From NCBI GenBank assembly GCA_002269645.1, contig NIVC01002683.1, positions 62,001 through 126,000 of the forward strand: DNA of 64,000 bases, in the 5' to 3' direction. The DNA is from Macrostomum lignano. Lineage: Eukaryota. Position numbers and translations under genes: made by a program. The notes beneath the pieces are model-generated. The model saw nothing but the letters and a program-made list of their open reading frames with translations. It was not told where the DNA came from and did not search any database. Position 1 is the stretch's first letter; every line of letters starts with the position of its first letter. Below, one piece after another: positions 54,621-64,000 of this stretch.

Positions 54621-56659
54621 GGAGGACATCGTAAATGTAATTCTGAGCTGTCGAAAAGGCTAGGTTAGAAGGCTCGGCTCAATAAATCAAGCAAGGGAGC
54701 AGAAATAACTAAGAAAGCTTTCTTTGATCACGATATTCCATCCGAATTTATTTCACAAACAAAGTATGAATTTGTCGACAAATAAAGCAATAATTTAGTC
54801 TATTTAGTCTAGAATATAAGTATATAAATATAAATATATATCCTATATACTAAAATCTAGTTTTAGTCTAAGAATTTAGTCACGATATTTCGTAGAATGA
54901 TCGTTATAGATAAAACAGCGTGAATTTAAACTGCTTCAAATAAGTGAGGATTTCTTTTTTAATGTAACTAAGTACGGAATTCACCCACCAAAAATACACC
55001 CCCCTAAATGTTGTAAAAAAATATCGATTGAAAAAATACTTAAACTGTCGCGCAGAAGAGCGCAATTCTTGCGCGTCTAATTATACTTATTAATTTGGTC
55101 TATGTTTGATGAAAAAAAATTTTTTCTGTTATTATAGGGGGTGTAATATAGGGTGTGTCGAATAACTTCTTTATGCAGCTTGCGCATGCCACTTTATTTT
55201 CAGCATACATTCTTTAATAAGTAACTCATCTTGCGCGGGGGTTAATTTTCTAAACTGCTGCCTGCGCAAGCTAAAATCACTGGTGAAAATGTGCAAGAAT
55301 AAACAAAATTGGCGTGAATTTAATTTTATCGCACGTTTCTGTTACCGTATAGTGAAATGGTGTAGCAAAGCACTGAAGGGACCGTAAAAATATATATTGG
55401 CTTATATACTGAACTGAAAATGAACCAAAATAGCATTTAAATACTCTAAAGAAGTTTACCTTATTCCCCCAAGTGGCCCCAACTCAGGCACGTGGATATG
55501 GATAGCCCATAGTGTGGTGTTTTCTTTTTTACAACATCTTGCAAGTATTTGAGGCTACGCTACGAGTATGGCGTGTCAGATGATATTATTTGTAGCTTTA
55601 AGAAGTTTAGAAAGGCGCAAACTGTTTCTTGTATATACTTATGCATTCTATAAAATTTGTCATGGACAAAACCTCTTGTATAGGCCTACAATATGGTACG
55701 AGCGTAGCCTCATTTGGACATAAAATTTCTATCTCTTAATAATAGTTAAATGTTAAAATTAGACCTGATTTTTATTTAAAATAAGCTATGAAAATGCAAT
55801 AGAAGCATGTTCATATATAAAATTTGGTAGATCCAAAGTCTTAAATAATGCAACTTTTCAAAGCTAAATATATCTATACAATATATTTGCAAAATATTTT
55901 AGTACTATAAATCTTACTATATACTAATAACATTCTTAGTATGTACCTTCTAGGTCTACTATTGACCTAGAATTTTTATATGTATTTCTTAGATTAACTG
56001 CTAAGAAATTTATAAGAAGAGCCATTCAAATTCAACTATCTAGTTATCAGGCAATTCCCAAGATTAGAGAGTCAAAAAAGCCTTCTTAGTATTTATTGTA
56101 TTCCTAAGATCTACCTTGTTTCACTTTCATCTCTTTGGTATTCCATGTATATTTGTATATATGATATAATTTGTTTCTACTTTACTCTTTTGAAAATTTA
56201 CTAAGATTTCTAAATTTATTAGATTAACAAGTTTAGAAAAAGGTTGAGCCAAGTTTGAAACAGGTTAGGCCTAAAAATAGGCTATTTGGCTTGTTAGATA
56301 GCTCCTTTTTAAAATCTTTTTAATTTTAATATTAACATTGCCTTTCTTTTTTCACTTATATATAATTGATATTGCTTAGTATTATGTCTAATTATTTATA
56401 ATATATATGTGTTGAAGTATATTACATTAGCAGTCTTTCTATTGTATTAGTAGGCTTTTACTATTGTCTACTGAAACTCTTTTAAGTTGATCAATAACTT
56501 AACAATGTTAATTATTATTGAATTCATTTACCAACTCTCTTGCTAACTTCCAATTGAAAGAGGGTTCAGTTAAATGTGTACATATACAAAAACTTTTTAT
56601 TTTGCAAATTTTAGTTAGGTATAATTAATCTCATATCTAGAGTAATAATACAGATTTGC

Positions 56660-57470
56660 TAGCATCTCTTGAAGGGATGCTGATTAAAGAGATGCTAACA
56701 CCTCTTGAAGGGATGCTGATTGAAGAGATGCTGACACCTCTTGAAGGGGCATTGGTACTGATTGAAGAGATGCTGACACCTCTTGAAGGGGTGCTGCTGA
56801 TTGAAGAGACCCTATGACTATTGATATTGATAGTGATCAACACATTTATTAGAAACAGAGAAATAATGTCTCTATAACAACATTTTGTGATCAATGATAG
56901 GATAAAATATAATATCCTTACAAATGCAAAAGACTAAGTAAAACTTTGTGTCAGAATGGGGATATATTTAAGAGACTAGGTAAAAGCCTAGTTAGGAGGT
57001 ATTTGACCTATACCTTTTTAAGAGGTACACTTGAGTAATTATTCATAAAAATGAGATACTCTTGGCTTTTTAATTATCTATACCCCGTTAAACTTTTAGC
57101 TATTAAATTATCCATACCCATTTAAAGGGTCACTTTTGTCTATTGAAATATCTCCACCCTTTCGTCTATTCAACTTCAAGGTAAATATTCATGCCCCCCT
57201 TTAAGACGGACTTTTGGCTTCTAGAACTATTGGTACCCCTTCAAGAGATACTTTTGTCTTTGCATTCATAGCCTTTCAAGGGGTACTCTTAGCTATTGAA
57301 TTATCACTACCCCTTCAAGAGGTACATTTGAATATTTAATTATCAATACCTCTTTAAAAGGTATATTTGGCTATCGAATTGTCCGTACCCCTTTAAGAGG
57401 TACACTTTCGATATTCAATTATCAATACCTCTTTAAGAGGTACTTTTGTCTACTGAATTATTCATTCCTT
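56660..57470. repeat. Two adjacent degenerate minisatellites (~36 bp CCTCTTGAAGGGATGCTGATTGAAGAGATGCTGACA and ~38 bp units with a near-palindromic TACCTCTTTAAGAGGTA core)
   Basis: Direct repeats at 56660-56810. Recurring CCCTTCAAGAG/CCTCTTTAAGAGG units at 56980-57470. Confidence 0.6.
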
Positions 57471-59444
57471 ATGCTCGTCATTTAATTGAATGACGTTTTC
57501 TACTTTGCAGTGGCACACTGTTGCGTTGAAGTCGCCGACGTTTAAGATTGGGCGAGAGGTCAATTGTCCGCATGCAGAAGTGGCTTTGCGGCTGGAATAT
57601 CATGAGGCTACCCAGCTAGCGTCTTTGGCCGACAGTTATGCCCCTGCTTTTGAGGCTTGAAAGTGAGCATTAAGACACGGGAGGCCAATTCTGTTTCACC
57701 TAAGGCAACGACGTTGAGGGGAAGGTTGGCCTTTGTAGGCCACTCACATGGCTGTGCTTGGGTACTGTTTACGCATGGCATTCCCAACACACGCAGTGTA
57801 AAACAGCAGCACTTCGAGGCTGGTGTACGGTTTATGCGATTTATCATCGCTGAGCAGATAGGCATTGTTCAAGATGAACATGTAGCTCAGGTCGGTTTTG
57901 AAGATGTTCTGCGATGCTCTGACATGCCCTCTACACACCTGATGTTGGTAGCCACGCAGGCCATTTCTGTACTACACAGCCGTGGAGAGCCTGAATTGCT
58001 TAACGCTGTAGCTGCAGAAATTGCTTCGGATGCAATATCCTCCGCCGGCTCTTCGGACACGGAATCTGTGGAACCTGGAGAATCGGTAAATGCGTCAGTT
58101 GATTTATAGACATTAGTGGTTGGCGCTGACAACCACTAATGTGCTGATCGATCATCTTTTGTAACGCCAATCAATGTGGAGTCTCGTCGCTGAGGGCGTC
58201 AGCAGCATATGTTGGCCGGGTGAAACGCATCAGACGCAAGAGCCAACAAATGGAGCGTCACCCGATACTACAAAAGTGCTTGAAGCAAGACACAGGTTTC
58301 TATGCGATGGAACTCCGCCGCAGCAACCGGCGCCATCAGCAGGTCACGTAGCTGTTTATTCTTCTAGAACTAGCTTTTCTGGTCACATTAGGCTACATTA
58401 TCTTCCGATAGCGTGTGCAATTTACGGATAGGCATGTTGACTCATGAGTTAATGATCCGTTTTTGTCATCCTAATCCATGCATACTCAACTCTCAAGCTA
58501 GTATGTTGTCACATTCGCTTGGAATCTCGTAATTCTTCCAATCGGATCAATCCGTTGTGTACATTATGTTTTATGTTTATCCCAGAAAAAAACAGTAAAA
58601 TTCAGAAGTAGCTTCAGATAAAGAATAATTTTGCGCAGAGGGCCGCGCTCCATAAACGGAAGAGACAGTTTATTAAGTTTTACCAGAATATTTTACTTAA
58701 GCTAGACTGCTAAAATAACTTTTTTGTTGTGTAGACTTAAACGAATTCACGCATCGATTCGCTGTGCACAGGAGTTTTTGGACATACTCGTATTTATTCT
58801 TCAAAAAGGTGACGAGTGACAACGGCGCGCAGAAAAATGATTTTCGAATAAACTAAGATTACTCGTATAGGCGTCCAGCAGAGAAAAATGGAAAAATCAT
58901 CCTAATAAAACAAGAGCACCAAATGGGCAAAAATGCCGTACAAATTTTGTTATTTTTCAAAAAAGAAGAATGTCGTTTTTGTTATGATCAACCTATGTTC
59001 ACATCAATTGTCGCTAATCCATCTTTTTGCCAAAAGCAAATATACGAGCGTAAATTACTTTGTAAAAAAGTTTGACGAGCTGAACAGACTCCAGGCTAGT
59101 TTGCGATAACAAGAAACAGTGTAAAATATGCAATATAATTGAAATTCTCCTTGTTTTGGTATTGATACTTTTCAAATACTAGCTTTTGTTGTAAAAACGT
59201 TTTGGTCGTGGGATCATGTGGGGAAATTTTTCGAAATATCCCCGATCCACTCTGACCCCTGGGTGCTATCTCTGTTCCGTCTCCCACTCAGCCTCAATTG
59301 CCTTTCCGGAGCCCTCTTTTTGTGCACCACGCCTGCCTCCCCATTTCTCATTCTCATGCGCCCCATCCCATTTATCATATATTTCTCGTTTCTCATCTTC
59401 TTATCATATTTTCTTGCGCTGTCCCCTCCTCATTCGCATCGCCG

Positions 59445-59485
<41 letters not shown>

Positions 59486-59764
59486 CTCTCTGTGCAGCTG
59501 CCGGTGAGTTCCTGTACTGATTTGTGCTCTAATTGCCTTTGCTTATCCTGGGTTTGCTTATTTCCCATTGCTTGATTAGAGAACTGAGCCAATTGTGTAC
59601 CGTACCTTGCTGTATTTTACTCAATAGTGAAGTCGCCTAATTGCCTGCTTATTTCGCCTAAGGGTAACTAAACACCTCATTTTTCACACCCCATCACTTC
59701 TCTCATGAATTAATGCAAGTCAGTTGAAGTAACATTTGCGTTTTGTTACTCGATTAAGGAAAGC

Positions 59765-62700
59765 TTACAAGCAGTTGGGACAAAAGAATAGTTGCTTCCT
59801 TTGGGAAGCACGCTGGACATCAGAGTGGCTCATGGAAATGCACGAAGGATGGTACCACTCTTCGCAGCCATCACATTGAACCATGAACTCGCCACGAAAG
59901 TAAGGTGCGCGGCATCGGCAGAAAAGCTTAAACTGAAGGGAAAAAATAACGCTGCGTCTGAAGCTTCGCCAACTGGTAACCGGGAAGGGGCGCATCTTCC
60001 TTTGCTCTAAACACTCCAGTAAGTGTGGTCGCATTTGCTCCGCGGCGAAATTGCACATCATCGGATCGATGTTGTTGGCTAGCGACACTGCGAAGGCGAT
60101 CGTGTAGAGCCCGCAGTCCAGTGCCCGCTTCTGTCGGGCGACGTTCGCAAAATCCAGCCTTAATGTCGCTTTTCTGTCCGCCACAAAAGCTGCGATTTGG
60201 CGGACTACGTCATCATCCAACTCCTGGGATGGGGGGTTCGAGTCGTAGATAACTAGCGATTGAGTCAAGTTGGACATCAGGAACCAGTGACCGCGTTGAA
60301 TGTCGTGAACAGCCTGAATGAACTTCTTTCCTAGGGAAAATACATGTATGCGATGTCTAAATGTAGTCCGAATAATTGCTGTACAAAGCGATTGATGGCA
60401 GAAGTCATTTGAACAAGCTTTAAAATCATGATGTACGAGCGTATGACAAAATTTCGCGCAACAAGTGGTAATCAATTGCAAAATCTTGTATCGTAGAAAT
60501 CGCTATGATAGAAGTTACCTTCTTCAACGTGTACATCCTTGTGATGAAGAATAGCTGGGTTAGCTAGCCCAGCAATGTCGGGAGTTGCTGTGCGTAAAAG
60601 CACGAATACCGCGGTCAATACTTCACCAGTGAGCTGGCCGTGCGTCGCTTCAATGCTTGCTCTGAAACATTACGAGTAGGCGACATAGCAATCTGTGTTT
60701 TCGTATACTCGTATCTATACATAAAACATCAAAGCATTCTATTTCACATCCACAGTAGCGGACAAAAGAAAGTAAAAAGGGCTTAGCCTAATATCGATAC
60801 TTAGTGCTAAAATTACACACAGACGAGACGGGAGTTGAGATCGATTAAGGAATTTTTTACCCTGGTTCATTTTTTCTTCGGTATGTGAGAGCAATTTGAG
60901 CTCCAATGGAATACAGCAGGGTGAATTTAGGAGAAGCGCGGCTACCAAAATGCAAATTTGGTAGGGAGGGTACCACCGCTGGAGGGAGGGTACCACCCTC
61001 CAGCGGTGCCGGCTAATGCTCGTCGGCCACTGCCTCCGCAGCTACGGCAGAGGGGAGCAAAACCCGCTGGCGCTCACCGTGCTACATCAGCCAACCGAGC
61101 GTCTCCGATGGGGCCAAGGCCGGACCGCCACGCTGACCGCCACGCTAGAGTCTGACCTGCAAGCCATTAACCTGACCCCACAATCTGTCACAAACTGTTC
61201 TTCTCGTCTCTTCTGCGAGCGCGTGCGCGCAAGACGCCAACATAATCTTTGCGTCCTTATATATATATATATAAGTCGAAAGAGGAAGAATACAAATACA
61301 TTTACATTACATGACATTATTTGTCGTTAAAACTCCCGCCCCTTTCTTTATTGGTAAGAGGCAACACGCCACATCCAAAAAAACTCCTGAATCCGCCACT
61401 AGATAAAAACGATTAATGATTGGTTTTCCCCTGGTACACACTGTTTCAGAAGCTCAGACGTACACTTTTACTCACTTGTCAGCTGTGCTCAGCCCTAGCT
61501 CTGAAATCCATGAGCTCGACTCGACACATGCCTGCAGGTCGGGCACAACCAGTGCCTTGCCGCTGCAGTCGTAAAGATCCCGAGGCACTTGAAGCAAAGA
61601 ATTATTTCCGTGGCCTTCATGTCCGACCTCGCCCACATGGGTGTCTTCAGAAATATTGACATGGCCGGCTACTTGCTCGTCGTCTTGAGCATCGCGATCG
61701 TCATGGATGCCTTCTATGCCGTCATATCTGTCCCCACCTAGGGCGTCGCTAAGACCATCGAATTGGACATCACAAATACGGCCTCTTCTGCCGCTGCTAC
61801 TACGGCCACGTCCTCTGTAACCACGGCTTCTACCACAACAGTCGCCCTCTCGTTTTTCGTCACGTGTACCAATTCGCGTGCAGCCTCTTTGTTCGTTTCC
61901 TGATACGTTCCGATGACCAGCTCTTCTCCCATGTCTTCGGAAGTACTTGGCCACTGGAAAGTACTTCGGAGCGGTACTGTGGCTCGCTTTTTTGTTTACA
62001 ACGAGAGCTTCTGAAGCTTCAACTGCACTGTCATCAAACGAGTGCTGAATCGGTGTCAATACCGACTCTGTACCTTGCTCTGCTTCTGGCACAGGTGACT
62101 CGATTGTACGTTGTCTTTTGTTCATACATGTAGGAACGGAGTCTTCCTCGGAATTCTCGCCGTCGAAATCCAAGTCTATCAATTCTCGTCGTCGGAAGCT
62201 GTGAACTGCTGCGGAAGTAATCACCCGATGCTGCAGGCGGCCTCTAGAGTGCTCTTCCAAAAGTGATATAAATTCCAATAGCGGTTGCGATCGGCCATGC
62301 ATCACATCTCTTCTGACAGTTCTGTGGTACACTTCCACAGATCCTTCGCTGTTGCGGAATTCTTGCACTGTGCTCTGTCCAGTAAAGAATCGTTGGCAGT
62401 CAATCATGAGGCCACTGAAGAGCGGAAAGTATGCGTACAAATTGACGACCTTCTGCGCCAATTTTTCGTTAAGGTACGCATTGATCATCGGCAGCTGCGA
62501 TTCACTTGCTTGGCGGCAAGCTGCATTGATTCGCTCGAAGATCTGTTGTGCCTGACTAAAAAAGCGGGACGATGAGCGAATCGTTTCCCGACTCATAATG
62601 TTTTCCGGAGCGTTCATTTCAACGCCTAGCATGGGCTCGTTGTCACCAACATCAGACGCCTCAATCAACAGTGTTTCGACTCGCGGCATGGCTCTTCTTG

Positions 62701-64000
62701 CGTCGCGCTCGAGCAGAACATGCAGCATGTTCTGAAGATTGGCTAGGCCTTCCGCTGAAGTGGTGCTTGCAACAATCCGCGCAAACGCCCGAAGGTACAG
62801 TGTCCTTACCTGAGGACTTGCGCTGCGCACTTCTTGCCAATTCCGAACCTCATTGATGATGTGACTTCTACCAAGAACAATAGCGGTGCGCCGACGTGCC
62901 TGCTGCAAAGTTGCTTGCATAAACTTTGGAATTCCACTCTGTCCATTTTCTGATTGCAGCGCGATCAGAAAGCACCAATCGAGATATTCGCGAATTCCTA
63001 ATCCATTGAAGACCTGTATGAGGGCATGTAGTGTCGGCCAGTTAAAATCCGTCGTAATCTTTGCTATTTTCACAGTGCTGTGGCCCATTTTTTGTTCCTT
63101 TATCTTCTGAAGCCACTTTGCTAACATGCTAGTCAATTGCACGGTATCATGATTACAAGTCAGAACGTCGAATAGAGAAACTTGGGTCATTCCAATAGTT
63201 TGCTCGGCTGCCATCACTAAGGCGTAATGGTATACTGGCTTCAGTGGCATTCCACCTGGCCAGCTGCAAACTGACGCTCCTGTCGAGTCGATAACTAGGT
63301 TGATTGGCATCTTTAACTGTTTCATAAGAGATAGAGCCTCTGCAGCCATCTCCGGGTGATATGCTCCAATAGCCGTAAGCGAAATATCGCCCGCAAACTC
63401 AAAGTAATGCACGTACGCCTTTAGTTTCGGCGAATTGCTGACGCTCAACAGAAAGTTATGCACAGGGATGTCTGGGCACAGTTTTTTTTTCTCTTTGTTG
63501 TACTGGCGAATTCCTTGAAGCATCCTTTGCGATGGAATGTTGCGCAGATCGTCATTTGTTGCAGCAACTGAGGCCTGCAGTACGGCAGCTCCCTCAGTAT
63601 CAGCTCTTGCTTTTAAGCCTGCATCTCGAACCTTTGTAGGTCTAAGGGGGTGCTGCAATGGCTTATGGGTCTGCTCCAGACGCACTTCGCAGCCCTTCAC
63701 CTTTAACTTCCATCGCCCAGGACACGAAGACGGTTTTGGGTCGCCAGCCAGTCGCGCCGAGCATTTCAATGAGTACTTAGCAGACTCAGGGCCATCAAAA
63801 GAACTGCGAGCAATTGAGAGGCTGCAGTGCTCCACCCAGCAGTTCTGCACTTCACGCAACAAAACGCCGTTAAATTGCTCTCTCTGCGCTCGCCGAGTTA
63901 CTTCTTGCATGGTATTGTTAACTTCGTGCCATTTCTCTTTGAGACACCCAAATGTCCCGACAAAACGTTGAACTTCAGCTTCAGAAGGCGACGAAGGCGT
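59765..64000 (-). CDS. MULE/NOF-FB-type DDE transposase fused by splicing to a Ulp1-like cysteine peptidase and a PHD finger; 5' end lies beyond the window
   Basis: The frame is open from 64000 to 61476, with VIDSTG (D1), YHYALV, TTDFNWPTLHALIQVFN (D2), GRSH and SVEVYHRTVRRD (E). Phase-matched GT-AG introns at 61475-60662 and 60518-60331 join GQLTGEVLTAVFVLL..., GKKFIQAVHDIQRGHWF, IYDS, QKRALDCGLYTIAFA and CRC...MVQCDGCEEWYHPSC...FFCPNC. Confidence 0.8.

Noticed and set aside
63537-63971. Plus-strand 144-aa ORF and other short ORFs antisense to ILK, RASL10, the LINE and the transposase
   Set aside because: They are shadow ORFs of GC-rich coding sequence on the opposite strand, with no recognisable motifs.

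Overview
Eukaryotic (animal) genomic DNA with AT-rich intergenic sequence, GC-richer exons and GT-AG introns loaded with tandem repeats. The style resembles free-living flatworms such as Macrostomum, but that is only an impression. From left to right: a 10 kb satellite; a spliced MIC60/mitofilin gene (minus; first coding exon not found); several hAT-type MITEs with 8-bp target-site duplications, one carrying a young head-to-head inverted Penelope-like (GIY-YIG) insertion with a minimal hammerhead-ribozyme motif in each arm; intronless SEM1/DSS1 and SFT2-family genes separated by a satellite; a 3.8 kb satellite directly upstream of a 5-exon ILK-like gene; a RASL10-like GTPase; an RTE-like LINE with its RT core deleted; nested hAT MITEs; and a spliced MULE/NOF-type transposase-Ulp1-PHD gene running off the right edge. 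Best leads: (1) RASL10 homology continues in frame past a TGA; (2) the inverted Penelope pair with twin hammerheads; (3) the transposase-peptidase-PHD fusion; (4) an ILK that has lost the residues equivalent to the ATP-binding Lys and Asp; (5) tandem repeats built from regulatory or splicing motifs next to genes. All alignments were done by eye from remembered family sequences, and no searches were run.
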